Of a DNA stretch of 64,000 nucleotides, positions 1 to 13,335 are shown in pieces (position 1 is the stretch's first letter; each line of letters begins with the position of its first letter). The notes under the pieces were generated by a model. It saw only the letters and a program-made list of their open reading frames with translations. It ran no database searches and had not been told where the DNA came from. Origin of the DNA: Setoptus koraiensis. Its lineage: Eukaryota > Animalia > Arthropoda. A program made the position numbers and the translations under genes. The stretch is from NCBI GenBank assembly GCA_048013815.1, contig CM106585.1, positions 20,894,001-20,958,000 of the forward strand, read 5' to 3'.

Positions 1-161
1 CTGCAGATGCCTCAACAACAAATCACCCTGGCGCTTATATATATAACTATATATATGTAGTTATATACAACCACTAGGGGCATACGCTGGCCGGCTATTA
101 CGTGATACAGCGACCGTTATCGGAATTAAGTTGTTGTGTGTTTGCCCAACAGCCAAGCCGG

Positions 162-165
<4 letters not shown>

Positions 166-193
<28 letters not shown>
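166..193. repeat. (GT)n microsatellite
   Basis: Pure GT dinucleotide run. Confidence 0.9.
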
Positions 194-1733
194 TGCGGTG
201 GTGATTGCAGCTCGGTCTTGCCAGCCAAATAATCAGGCTGACAAGCGAGCGTGCATGCGAGGATATGTGCGGATATGTGGGCATTTGCGCGGATATTTGG
301 GCATGTGTGTGCGGATATGTGAGCGCATGTGGGTGAGAAAGCAAACAATCAAAATGGGCTTAAGTGTTGATATATATTGCTTGCCAACTGCTGTTCACTG
401 TTTAATAGTCGGCTAAAACTTGCACGCCTCTAAATGGATTCAATTGTTGTGTTATTTATGAACAACCAATCACCTGCACACCGACATACGGCCTCGTATT
501 GGTAGTGGGGCCCCAACACGAGGCCCCACTACCAAAACCCAACACCAAAACCCAATACCAAAACCCAGTACGAGGCCCCGGGTTATGTGGCGTGTGCGAC
601 ACGCTGTCAGACGAATTAACGTTTTGATTAAAAGTGTGCGCCAGCACAGGTGAAAAGCACGCCAGCGATCTAGCCAATGAGTGTGGCACAGACAACGACT
701 TGCTGTTGGCTGTTGCTTGTTACTTGCTGCACAGCTCGTCACAAGTCGCTGTGCCAGACTCATTTCGGCATTCGATATTGGGGCCCCAATAAAACGCGCG
801 CCCAATGATGCGCCGATTCATTTTGGGGCGGCGCACAGCAAACTGGCCCCACTTGATCATGGTCGTTGCTGCGTGCGTCTTGCGAGCCAGTGTGGCCTCT
901 CAATTATTGCCTCACCATTATTGGCGCCGTGTCGCCCCATTGGAACGACCATACAACAGCATGTCTGAGAGAAGTAAATAAATATTGAATTTTAAGATTG
1001 CCCCCCCCCTCACTCACACACACACACACGCACACACACACTGACAGGCACAGACACACACACACGCACAACTGCTGCAGGGGCGAGATATTCGAGCGGT
1101 TTTGGGTTTGGAGCAACTGCGGAACAAGTGGGCTGGAAATTGACGAAATTTCTTGGTTGCTCGGCACACATATTGGCCCCATCATGAACGCGCAAAACTG
1201 TGCGTACTGCTAGCGGGAGCCCCGTCGCCGGGGGCTCTTTTTGGGTCGGTGGGGCCCGGGGTCGTGTTTGGACTGGCTGCCAGCGGTCGCTATTATATAA
1301 TCATGGGCGTTTTGTGGCGCCAGCCCCTCAGCCAGCCAGGATATGTGCTGGCTGAGGGGCGAATTTTGCCGGAACGAGCGCAGAAAACTTGAGTCACTCG
1401 GCTTGTGAGTTTAGTCATTTAGTTGGCAGACGGAATGTTGGCAGCGAGCGAGCCGACAGCAACAACAAAATTGATTAAAAAAAAGCGGATTGACCAAATC
1501 ACACACACACCGTGTTGTCACTGGTCATTTCTATCGTGTCACATTTATTATTCTTTATTCGCGTGCGTGCCACGGATGCGGTGAGATGGATGCGATAAAA
1601 TGAAGTAAAGAATAAGATGAAATAAGATAAAACAATAGAATGGAATGGTATGGAATAAAGACGCAGCAAAATGTGAAAGAAAGTGAGGTTGAAAATTGCA
1701 TTTGTCACGGCGCAAAAAGTGACGAAAACTCAC

Positions 1734-2622
1734 CGAGAATGTTGAGCTTGGTTTGCGTGAGACTGGGGCACTTGGCCCCATAACCGCCGCTATACGTAAC
1801 GACGCACTTGTAGTCGGCGTCGTCCTTCATAGTGGGCCTCTTAATGATTAACTCGTGACAATTTAACGTTGTTGTGTCGCTCATGTTAATTGATTGACAC
1901 CAGGACACTGTCGATTGTCGCTTGTGCCAGTCAAACAAATATAGTGTTTTCGTGTTGCTTGTCGTTCTGTTGTTGTTGGCAGCACTAATTGGCACGGATT
2001 GACGTGAATCGTCGCTGTTTGACTCTAGCGCATCGAGGCCCGTCGATGCTGCGGAAATATCCAGTCTGGTCCATTTGTTGTTGTTTTGGTTGTCTTGTTT
2101 ATACCAGGCAATTATGTAAATATCACTGCATGATCGCTTGAGACCAACTAGGCACGGCACGCGAGCCTCTTGATCGTGCTGATAGGCATTAATTGTGAAC
2201 AGGTTGTTACTATCTACTTGTTGTGCTGGCTGTTTGTTTATTGCTGCTGTCGCTGTCGGCGCAGTTTGTTGCGTAACGGATCTGGCACGTGATTGAATTG
2301 GTTTGATGCTTGCACTATCATTGATTGCGTATTCGAGCTCACTTATCACGGAAATGGCTTGCTGTCGCTTGGCTGGCATGGATTGCTGTGTTGCTGTTGG
2401 GGCGAATTGTTGTTGTTGTTGTTGTTGCTGCTGTTGTTGTTGGTCGTCGTCGTCTTGGCCGACAAACAGGTCGCTCGAGATAAAATCGTCGCTTGTTTGG
2501 GGCCAATCGCTGGCCGGCCCAAACAAACACAAACATTCAAATGACACAACCAACAATAGGCCGGCCGAAATGGCCACTGTTCTCAGACAGCTTCTCAGGT
2601 GATTGTTTGATTGCGGCCTCAT
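1734..2622 (-). CDS. First coding exon of a secreted/cell-surface immunoglobulin-superfamily protein (signal peptide + V-set Ig domain; nephrin/sidestep-like architecture)
   Basis: ATG at 2622; hydrophobic leader (TVAISAGLLLVVSFECLCLF); Ig V-set hallmarks VPC...IIAWYKQ...ELIIKRPTMKDDADYKCVVTY...TKLNIL; ends at a phase-1 GTGAGT donor (intron begins 1733), the usual phase between Ig-domain exons. Downstream exons could not be identified. Confidence 0.75.
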
Positions 2623-5600
2623 CTTGCACTAATACTACTACTGGCCACTGTGTGTACTGGTAATTTAATGATAATTATAATTATTTTAAAAAACTGTCAA
2701 CTGTTCGAAGACGTGTGGCGATCTCATTTCAGCTGGCTTCTCGTTGTGCTTGCTCAATGTGCTTGCTTTGCTCACTGTCAGTGATAAGTTATCACCAATG
2801 TGCCGCACCATCTGTTATGCAATCAACTGTCAGTGAATGATGATGATTATCGCCAATTGATGAGCTCCAGTGATGAGCGGAAGTGTGTGTTTGTTGCCAC
2901 CACAACGCAATAGCACGGCCTGTGATGATGATACAACAATAATAACGATGATAATGTAAGCCCAGCGAAATTGTCGCCACGATGCTCAGTCGACTCAGTG
3001 TCGTCGATGGTTGCAATCACATAGATAAATGATGATTGTTCCTTGTTGCGCAACCGAATGTCCGAATTGAATCCTTCGAATGCGTCCCGTCTGTCGGATC
3101 CGTTCGACACGCCACAGTTAGTAGAGTGGCGCGCGCGATTGCGCAATACGCGCCCTGTCAGTTGGGCATGGGAGTGTTGGGCCTACAAATTCGCAGGGCC
3201 GGACGGGGGGAGGGGCGTTCCGGAAAAGAGACTCGAGCGCCATCTCGCGACGGGCATCTCTTAATTCAAAAGTGACGCTAATTCGGATTAAATTAGATTT
3301 GTGCCAATGCGTGGATAATTTGCGCCTGGCGCATTGATAAATCTGATGTTGTTAGCATGAATCGAACGTGGCCGAAATCAATTTGCATGCCCGGCTCAGT
3401 GGCCTCAGTAGCTGCTCAATAGACGCGTCCAACAGCTTCGATGGCCAGCCAGGCAACATGACGCCCACGCCTTATGTTGCACGGGCAAGCGCCGACTGTT
3501 GACAGGTAATAGTGTCTTGCGGAACGTATCATGGCACGCGCAAGTTGATACACACCGGCCAAGGTGCACACGTACGCGTATAATGAGCGACAATAATAAT
3601 CCGATAATATCGGCGAGAAATGTCGCCGTTATATGCGTACCCCATTGCGCGCATTGGCTCAAAATGGATAGACGGAGCGGCCAGATTTTTGCATTATGCG
3701 CGCGCTGTTATTTATGAATTGCTGCACGAGTCTGGTGCTGTACGTGCTACAACGTGTTATGCTGTTTGGCCGGCAGGGGCACAGATTGAATGGAATGGCC
3801 GAATGCATTTGAGATAAAAGTCAGTGGGTCATTTTTCATCTTGTTGGTCCTTGTCAGCGTCTCTTTTTTGCGAGCACCAGATATTAATGGCGATTGATGC
3901 TTTGGGCCAACAATGGCGCCATTGACAAAGAGAAGGCAAACCATTAGAAATTGATTAGTTGATGGTCTCGGGCAGCGTGTGTGGATTTAACGGGCGCCGT
4001 AAGCGGGCCGGATCAAGCGGCGCGACCGGGCTCGAGTCTGCGATCTCGAGCCCAATTTCGATATCGCAGCCTGTGCGCGATCAGTCACAGGAGAGACTGA
4101 AGCGAAAAGATATAGCGATAGATAGTGTTGTCTAGCAGTTGCAGCGGCGGGCCCCAGTGAAACTGGCCAAACTGTGTCGCACAAGTGAGTTATCGACAAA
4201 ATGAATCATCGTCCTGATGAGCGTGCTAGTTGACACATGATAATAACTGAGAGCAGCGCCGGGCCCCATTTCTGCCTCCGCCACTGGCCTCTGTGGCCAC
4301 GATGTCTGCGATGGCTGCGATGGCTGCGATGGCTGCGACCGGCCCCAGTGCGGCGCTGCTCCGGCCGGTGCCACTGTCCGGTCAAAATAATATTGCCGGC
4401 CGGGCAAACTTGTGGCGGCGCACTGGCCAAGCTGCCGGAGCAATGATGTTGCGATTATCTATTAGTCATCGACTTGCACGGCCAGCCAAAATAAAGCGCG
4501 TTGTGGTGCGCGAAGAAGCCACAAAAGCTCTTGGCTTCTTTTTGGAATTCTTTATCGCAACAGTGGCCAGTGGTCATCACTCATGCCCAATGGCCACATA
4601 TAGCGGCACTGATTTAAACTGGCCACTGTCCGCCGTCTATTTGTTGTGTACACTTGTGTTGCTCGTGTCCAGTGGACACAAGCACGCACTGTCAATTCTT
4701 ATATCGCTGGGTGCGCATCAATGGGCCGATATAGCGGTTGCGTCATCAGCGACAAGCCCAACGAGAAGTTCTTTTGGGCGCCCCAAAGAGGCCCAAAGCG
4801 AGAACGAGCTGCATGGACAGTGAGTAGTGAGGCAAGAAGAATAAGCCCAATTGTTGTTTTTTGGGGGCGCCCAACGGTGTGCCCGCTGCTGCCGCCGCCG
4901 TCACTGCCACAGTGCGCCCCTATTGGCCATTTCCTTTCGGTTATCCTGTTGCAATGTTGAAGCTGAGCTCGTTGACTCGCTGGCCAGCGTCGCAAGTTGT
5001 CGGTGCACTAACAACTCGTCCGGTGAGCGACAATTCTTGGCATCGGTCACTCGATTCTTACGCTTACACTTTGCATGCTGCTAATACCAATCCACTTGTA
5101 CTACTGCTGTCCCTCACACTGCCACTGCTATCCATTATACTACCACTATTATCCATATCCGTATCTGCAACTGTTAGGCCGCCAATTCAATTGCGTCGTC
5201 GCGTACGACGTTCAACTTCCGACATGAGCGAGCGACCATACAAATTGTGTGATACATGGCGCACAGCAGCGAGCGCACGCTGCACACGATGCAAGCGTGC
5301 CGCTCGTTTCCGGTTGTTGTTGTTATTTTTATTTTATTTTTATCTACTTCTTCATTCATTCAATCAATCAACGGCAATGTGTGTGTGTGTGTGCATTGTT
5401 GTGTCGTTGTTGGTTTAGCCGCTGTCTCGACACACAGTCCGACTCACAGTTGAGTGTGTCCAAATGAGCATGTCGCCAATATCTCTGATATTGTGTCAGT
5501 GTGAGTGACCACTGGCGATTGCATTGGCGCGCGGCGACACTGTGACAAGTGCGACGGACTGCTCTCAATGCTCGAATGTGGCTCAACTCTTACAAGTTGC

Positions 5601-8600
5601 CAGTTACAAGTTGCCAGTTACAAGTTGCCAGTTACAAGCTACGAGTTACAAGTTGTCAGAGTGGCAAAAGTGAACGAGGAGAACGTTCGCTCACCCCGAG
5701 TCGCTATAGACCAGAGATGAGCGAATAACAGCACTGACCAGTGGTCAGCTGAGATATTGCCCATCGCACGTTAGACAACAATGGGCAATATCTTTTCCTT
5801 TTCGTTCAATTGCATTACGTAACAAAACACACACAAACAAAGGCAACAAACTGTCAAGCTGCCGATCGACGATGATTAATGATTTTCAACGCAGCAGCAG
5901 CAGCAGCTTGTACTTGCATTATTCATTGGCACTGCCAATGAGCAGCCAGAGAGCGGCCCCCGCGGTTTCGTCTCATCATCTCACCAGGTGGCTAACGGCG
6001 GCGCAACTTGTGACTGGCCACTGTTGGCTGTGGCCCGTCCAGTCGGCCCGCTGAGTCGGCCCGCCCGACACCAAAGCCGGCCCGCTGAGTCCGGCACCAA
6101 AGCCGGCCCGCTGAGTGCCGCACCAAAGCACATTGTTTGACGGCGGATTGTTTGCGCTGCAGCCAGCGCAAACGGATTGTGTTGTAATAAGTGATGCAAC
6201 TGCGCCCACTCTCAATTGTTGCTGTCTGAAGGCACTCAAAACGCTTGCAGCTCCGGCTGGATCAAGTTTGGGCCAAAGTTGCTGGCTTGGGGCCGTGACA
6301 CAATCAGCGAACGGCAGCCACGGGGGTGGCAAGAAAAGAGGGCGACAAAGGGACAGAAACGAGCGTTAGTGGCGACCGCCAGCGGCTCACGAGGGCACGT
6401 TATTTAACACAATGGGCCGCAGTGTGGCCTCTTCTCAATAATGATCATTATCATCATTATCGTTATCGCGCGGCCGCTGCGCGCTATTATGACGCAAGCG
6501 TTTCGTTTGAACGTTGAGACATGCAAACATTGAAACGTTTAAACATTTCGCCATTTGCAGCATTCAGATCCATTTATCCGGCGGCGCAGATGTGTCGACC
6601 ACACACACTCTCGGTGGCTCTCGGCGGCGCTCGGCGACTCTCGGCGGCGCTCGGCGGCCCGGCGACTCTCGGCGACTGTTGGCAGTTTGTCGTTGGTTTG
6701 TTGGGACTCCGTTGCGTAATTGTGCAGCAAGTTTGCACAGAGATCAATTAATGGCCCACTTGATCTCACAATTAAGCGCAACTTTTCAATTGATCTCTAT
6801 CTCTCGTTTTGGCAGCTCGCATCGGCGTGGCTGCGCTGGCTTTTTCCTCGGGCCGCTCGGGCCGCGCTGGCACAACTTATAAAGTTGTGTGCAGTCTCAG
6901 ACAAGTCATTAATTATTCCTGTGGCGCTGCTCCTAAATCACGCTCACTGTTCAACAGTCACTGTTGACATGAGCGGTGCCGCCGTTGCTCAAAGTTACAT
7001 AACAGCCGGGCACAGTGTTGTGGGCCGAGCCGACTTTGGCATCAAATGATGCGCGCCCATCGAGAGCCCGTCCATGCCGACCTGGCGCAAACTATCAGCG
7101 TGCCCCATCTGCAGCCATCCAAATACCCGGCCACCCAAATATCAAGCCATCCAAATACCCGGCCATCTATATGTGCAGCTATATCCGGCCTCATCCAGCT
7201 ATGTGCAGGCACAGGCCATATCCAAGCTATTCAGCGCCAGAATATTGGACGGCGATGGGGATAGCGTGGTAACACGTGCCACTCAATTGGGATCTTTGTT
7301 TTTTCTTGTGCTCGCTCGGCTCGTGCGCCGGCTTGCGCGACAAGCGAGCCCCACAATGGCAAACTAATAGCAAGTCTCCAAAAGTCGCCATTAAGTGTCA
7401 TTGTCTTGCTATTTGCACCTAGCGACCGGCGACCAGCAACCAGCAACCGGCCACTGTCTGTCTCAATGTTTGTCAGCTGGCTGGCAGTTAAAGACAAAAG
7501 ACGCAAGACGAGCGAGCGAGAGAGCGCAAAAACAAAACAATATCCGACAACTCGCAAGCTGAGACTCGATTGTTGACTGGCGTGCGCGTCTACAATAAAT
7601 CATAAATCACCACTCGCGGCTCATTGTTGCCCGCGCCCGCGCTGACTGCTGGCTGCTGATCGCTGCCCGTCTGACGGCTCACCGGGCCGCTTTTGAGCTC
7701 TTCAGACGGCCTCGGACGGCCCCAGACGGCTCCAGACAGCCTCAGACGGCCTCACATATCCGCGAACGGCCCAAAATGCGGAGAGACGCCCCAGCGGCTG
7801 GCTCATTTGGGAGCGAAATGCGCAAACGTTGCCCAAACTAGCGATAGAAACGATCAATTGATGGCGCTGCTGGCATCATTAGCGCCGTTATTCAGTTTTT
7901 GTTTCGGTGGCAGTGGCAGCAGTGGGTCGGTCTTGTCATGATTTAGTGTGCACGCCCGTTATACATGGGGCCAGTGTGTTGTATCGGTTATATTGGTTGT
8001 GTATTATGTTGTGCCTCAATTGGCCGACCACTGCAACTGCGACTAGCAGCCAACAGTTGAATATCGACAGCCGAATTACACGCTCCAAGACGCGCTCATC
8101 TCGCATGCATATATCTCATGCTGCATGCGAGTACGTGTATATTTGTTGGGCCGGCATTTGTGGGGCCGACATGCCCCACGAACGGAACAACAACAGATTG
8201 CAGCGTTCCAAAGCGTTCAATTGTGCGCCGTTCGGCTCGCAATTTTTCGCTGCAGCCGCTGCACTGAGTCGGGGCCCCAAACCGGAGCGATCGATTATGC
8301 AGACGCAGTCATGGTGCGCGACAACAAATTGAATCAATGGCATCAGACGCGAGTATGAGTCACATTCCGATTGAAAGTGTCTCTCCCTCTAATACACATT
8401 ATGTGACGCAACCAAACAAAATGTTGATTTGTGTGACTTGTCTGCTGCTCTATATTTGTGTGCGTGCGTGTGTGTGTGTGTGTGCACAACATTTGCTTGG
8501 TCAATTTGATGATGCAATTGATCTTTTGTCACTGATGCAACTGGAGCAGTTGCAGTTAGTCAACTGCAACTGCACACAACAATCGCGCGACGACGACGAC

Positions 8601-10135
8601 GACGACAAACAAAGAGCGCCGTTCAACGGCGACTGTCGGAATAGGCAGTGGCCGTCCGATGGCGCCAACAACTCGAACAGCGCCAGCAACTCCAATGGCG
8701 GCCCCACTAACGGGCCCCACTGCGAAAGTCACCCGACTGACTGACGTTGCGCAGCGCACAATCGCTGTTACGTAACGTTGGCCGGGCGATCATCATGCGA
8801 TTGATAAGAGAGAGAGAGAGAGAAACAACAAACAACCGACAGCAACGGCGACAGAGCTGCAGCCAAAGAAAGGAAGCGCAAGCAAGCGAGCGCCGTTGAC
8901 AGGTGCTATTAATCACAGTTTATAGCGTTCTCACACCAGTACACACACACACTCAAAGCGGGCCCCAATAATTGAGGCCAATACAACAAAGTCTTGAATC
9001 AGCAGCAACTAATTCTAACGGCGACTCTGGCGGCTCGCTTCGAGCCAGCAACTGGCCCGATGGCCCGCTCACGCACTCCGCCGTGTCGCTGCTTCTCTGC
9101 CAAAGCCGAACACAAACAGAGAGTGCAGTTCAGTTTTACAGTTGGCCAACTGTCCACCACAGTCTGCCAGCCGGCCAAATTCTGGCCGCCGGCACGTAGA
9201 TATTTCTCCTCTGGCCGTTGGCTCGTGCAGTCGGACGCTTAATGAGACACAGTTATCCGCACACGGCCTAGCGAAGCCAAGATTGGATTAGCGAACAGAG
9301 GCCAGTTGGCCAGTGTGTCGTCAATGAAACGCGGCCAGTATCTCGAGCGAGTATCTTTTGCGATATATCGCTTGGGCTCGCTGTTGGATTGGCTCGCTCA
9401 ACTCACCATCGTGTCACATAGGTGCAACACGGCCCGACAGTTGTGGGAGCCGAAGTAATTATGCGCAAAGTGAGCCAACTTTGCCCATTATACGACCAGT
9501 ATAAGACATCACAAACACTATAAAAAAAGATGTGAATCTCGTCTTAAAACCATGTGTCCAACAAATTAGTCGAGTGTTTCGTGTGGTCAGTAGGTTGTTT
9601 CGTTGTCCATTTGATCAAACTGTCCTGTCGGCGCACCATCATTGGCATCACCTTGACACTACAATGGTCGCATGTTATGCGATTTTAAAAATCATCCAAC
9701 AGCAACAAGGATTTGCCATCATATTGAGGCCAGAGAGAATAGCTAATTCAGCTCTTGTTTTTCGCTCATTTGGCTCGTCACAATGCCCAATCACTCAAGG
9801 GATGATGGTCCCTCCCGAGTTAACTTCCCTAAAGCATCTCATTAACTAATTAATAGTAGCTTGTTGTTTGTTGGACAAATCGCTTAAGCTCTGAGGAAAA
9901 AGCATCGCATCTTTAGGGACACGACGACTCATTGTGAGCCTCTACACCTCGACAAGACTATTACAACTGTTTGTTAGTCTAGGTATTTTGTGATCGTAAT
10001 TGTGTTGCAGGACGCCATCTATATGTGACGATTTCAATCGAATGCTAACTTGTTGAAAGATGTGTGCCGCTAGAAACTTGATGGTTTAAATCACTTTCTG
10101 CTGATTCGGCAATTCATAAACGGCATATAAAAGGT

Positions 10136-10429
10136 TCACTCAAGTTGATCTTTCAGCTGTTGCAAAATCTTCAACTTCTTGAGCATGAAATCACCACCAT
10201 TTTGTTGCTCATCTTCCTCTCGTTGAAACTGAGCGCTTTCAGAGGTTTTTCTTGCCAAAACACTTTCGGATCTGATCCTATCTTGATCTCGCTGATCTTG
10301 GTCAATCAAAAGAGGACTGTCGGCCTGTGGGCTGTTCCTCGTTTTGCTCAGGTATTCGTCGACACTCTTCTCGGTCAGTTGACTTGTGTCTGAGCTTTCT
10401 ACACAATCGTTGATGAGTACGAAATCGCG
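10136..10429 (-). pseudogene. Met-less 97-codon open frame, probable coding fragment (charged, coiled-coil-like C-terminus)
   Basis: Stop-to-stop frame RDFVLINDCVESSDTSQLTEKSVDEYLSK...FMLKKLKILQQLKDQLE*; protein-like composition; not in the ORF track because it lacks an early start; family not recognised. Confidence 0.3.
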
Positions 10430-10489
10430 TCACCTGTAATCCTTTGAGTGAAATGAACTTTGATTGCACAGAACGAACACACTGCATCA

Positions 10490-11040
10490 CATGACACACA
10501 TCGAGCCATTGCTTCTTGGTGTATGTATTTAAATTATTTATTGTGGCAAAACTAACCAATGAAAGTGCACAAATTTTTGCATGCAGGCAGCTGACATGTG
10601 TATCTATCTATGGTCGAAATTTGAGAAACCTGGATCTAGATTGTGATACTCTTTAGATGGTATGAAACGACCAAACGATCAATTTGACTAGCACACCGCA
10701 CTTGGAGCGTGCGCTATAACACATAGTGCGCTATTGCTTCTTGGTGTATGTATTTAAATCAATTATCGTGGCCAAAGACGCATAATTCGGTCATTTTACG
10801 TAATAGCTGAGAAAATTTCAGATCACTGCACCCACGCGTTCAATCAACCTTGTCTGCGGTATTTGACGGGCTTACGTAGTGTGATAACAACGATCTCTGC
10901 AATTTTCATCTACCACACATATATCAATTTATCGATTGTGAATTTTAACTGGTTATCATATACGCCCCCGAATTTTCCATCGATACTCGTCCACTCAAAA
11001 AATTAAGCGCTCGAAATACTGATTTGATCAGTATTACTTG
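10490..11040 (+). mobile_element. HINE 3' portion (5' end not found)
   Basis: subTIR AAAATTAAGCGCT 10999-11011, stem-loop AATACTGA-TTTGA-TCAGTATT, then ACTTG followed by a T tract; body related to 21660-22020 in reverse. Confidence 0.75.
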
Positions 11041-11239
11041 TTTTTTTGATATACGAGTATCCTTGGAATATTGATGCGAGTATGTGACAACATGTCGGAG
11101 ATAAACATGAGAGACCGGAAATTGCCAAATTCATGCTTCGCTACACTCAGGGATGAGCCAGCAATTGTTCTTAGAACTAGTGATCGTGGGTGGGTCAAAA
11201 TTTTGACCCAGTTGGGTCGCAATTTGTGAGGGGTTCGGT

Positions 11240-11900
11240 GGTGACAAATCGAAATTCGAAAATTGAAAATTCGAATTCCTGATGATAGTTTCATCTGCTC
11301 GTTCGATGTTCGATGGTCAGTGTTCCGTGGTCAGTGTTCGATGGTCACAATTCGAACTTCGAAATTCGAAAATTGAATATTCGAATTCCTGATGAGAGTT
11401 TCAGCTGCTCTTTCGATATTCGATGGTCACAATTCGAACTTCGAAATTCGAAAATTGGAAAGTCGAAATTGTAAATTCGAATTTCTGATGAGAGTTTCAT
11501 CTGCTCGTTTGATGTTCGATGGTCAGTGTTCCGTGGTCAGAGTTCTGTGGTGTCAATTCGAAATTCGGAATTCGAAATTGAAAATTCGAATTTGTGATAA
11601 GAGTTACAGCTGCTCGTTCGATGTTTGATGGTCAGTGTTCCGTGGTCAGAGTTCTGTGGTGTCAATTCGAAATTGAAAATTAGAAATTCTGATACGAATT
11701 CTAGGTGCTCGTACAGAGTTCGATGGTAGCATTTCGAAGTTCGATGGTCAAAACTCGACCTTCGAAATTCGAAATTGAAAATTCGAATTTCTGATGATAG
11801 TTTCAGCTGCATTGTCGGACTTCGGTGGTCATAGTTCGATGGTCAGAGTTTGATGGTCAGTGTTCGATGGTCACAATTCGAACTTCGAAATTCGAAATTG
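11240..11900 (+). repeat. TTCGAA-rich tandem array (~85-100-bp units) internal to HINE
   Basis: Repeating TTCGAAATTCGAAATTGAAAATTCGAATTTCTGATGATAGTTTCATCTGCTCGTTCGATGTTCGATGGTCA units. Confidence 0.9.
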
Positions 11901-12041
11901 ATGCACTATAACACAGTGTGCGCCATTGACTAATTGGTGTGTCTAACTTAATTACTTATTAAGACGAAACTGACCATTAGAATCTTAATCAATTTTGTAA
12001 GCAAGCAATCAACATGTGTAGCATGCTGCGATAGAAATTTG

Positions 12042-12904
12042 GGGTGTTGTAGCGAATAGGTCCCCACTCGGAATTCGTTTAAACTTCACACATGGGCTCG
12101 ATAGGGGCCCCATATCACGATTTGAGTGGTCCGGAAGTGCGGAAACTTCCGGTTCCGGAAATTCAAAAATATCGAGATAGAGCTCTGAAAACTCATAATC
12201 AAGTAGACAACACCTAGCGGAGAACGATGAAATCAAAATTGATCTTCCATCACTTCCGGTTCACGAGATATCGGGAATTATTTAAACAACAAGTGTGGAG
12301 GGATGCATGTAGCGGACCCATTCTGTGCATAGACTGAGCAACATCATGTATTGGCTTTTGTTTTAGTCATTACATCTCAGTATTCTTCTTGTTCTGGCCT
12401 ATACACGTCATAACGACGATCCCTACACCCGTGCATGGATGGCAGTCATGTGAGCGGAGGGCTGAGGGCGAAGCCCGAAACCCGAAGCGCTCATCAACCC
12501 TACCCGAAGGGTTCCCGTCGCACGCAGTCGTCGCGTGAGCGACGACGGAGATGTGACGGCCTCCAGAATACGAGGCCGCAGGCCGAGTTCTCAGACACAC
12601 CGCATGTTCAGTCTCGAGCGCAGCGAAGCAATAATTTAGTCACTTCCGGTCTTCCAACCCTTGTAATATCCCTATATCTGGCGAACCGGAAGTCGCACGA
12701 AGCTAAAAATCATGTCATTGTGTTGAGTGTAGCCTAAAATCTCTCTCTGGTGAATTGTAGAGCTCTAGCTTCAACTTTATGTAAAACCGGAACTGGAAGT
12801 TTCCGCATTTCCGGACTACTTTTTCCGTTCTATTGGGGTCAAGGTCGACCTACACCGGAAGTTTCATCAAGATCTGAGTGGGGACCTAATCGCTACAACA
12901 ACCG
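12042..12904 (-). mobile_element. Non-autonomous TIR element B1 (unclassified, 7-8-bp TSD)
   Basis: Ends GGGTGTTGTAGCG / CGCTACAACAACC(G); (G)AAATTTG duplicated at 12035-12041 and 12905-12911; empty site visible in reverse at ~25861-25885; contains the 155-bp core at 12437-12591. Confidence 0.8.
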
Positions 12905-13074
12905 AAATTTGGAGAACTTTTATTTATTCTGTCATCTTTTCGGCTACTCTGATCTGACAGGCATAGATGCTTATCTACGACATGTTGTCACATACTCGCA
13001 TCAATATTCCAACGATACTCGTCTATCCAATAATTTAAGCGCTCGAGATACTTATAGAATCAGTATCACTTGTT

Positions 13075-13335
13075 CATATTCGTCCTTTTTCAGGCGGTCT
13101 TTCAAATCTTCCATTGTAAACAACTCCTCATTTACTCTGGGGCCATCTCTTCCATATACTCATCAACTCCTTTTTTACTTTTTATAATCGACTCCAACAT
13201 CTCTATGTAGGCCACGGCCAATTGATTAGCTTGAGGTGCGGTGAATCGTCTATCTTCCGGCCTCTTCTTCGGCAATTTTTCTCTCAGCTTTTCTCTGGAC
13301 TCTATTACTTTTTGTTCTCTTGTTGTATATTCCAT
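13075..13335 (-). pseudogene. Frameshifted coding fragment between two HINEs
   Basis: MEYTTREQKVIESREKLREKLPKK...VDEYMEEMA continues, after a one-base shift near 13140, as PRVNEELFTMEDLKDRLKKDEYEQ up to the HINE end; family not recognised. Confidence 0.4.

Larger units (their letters stand above)
11200..13072 (+). mobile_element. HINE body with TTCGAA array and 3' end, interrupted by TIR element B1
   Basis: Array 11240-11900, conserved 3' segment split at GAAATTTG by B1, subTIR 13031-13043, stem-loop, ACTTG|TT. Confidence 0.7.

Noticed and set aside
1-1733. Downstream exons of the Ig gene
   Set aside because: Candidate acceptors near 1290, 967 and 33 all hit a stop within ~30 codons in the required phase.
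4293-5418. 176-aa and 185-aa plus-strand ORFs with hydrophobic segments and a GTGAGT at 4820
   Set aside because: No recognisable domain and no in-frame acceptor found; may be real exons but unsupported here.
9685-9740. Minus-strand WPQYDGKSLLLLDDF resembling an SF3 helicase Walker B
   Set aside because: The frame is closed by stops within ~20 codons, and no Walker A or motif C was found nearby in any frame.
11240-11900. Heat-shock element arrays in TTCGAA repeats
   Set aside because: GAA/TTC spacing is mostly 0-1 nt rather than the required 2 nt; there are no three-unit HSEs.
12455-12500. Hammerhead-like CTGAGG-stem-GAAA in the first core copy
   Set aside because: The other six copies read (T/C)AGAGGG...GATA and lack CUGANGA/GAAA, so the catalytic core is not conserved.
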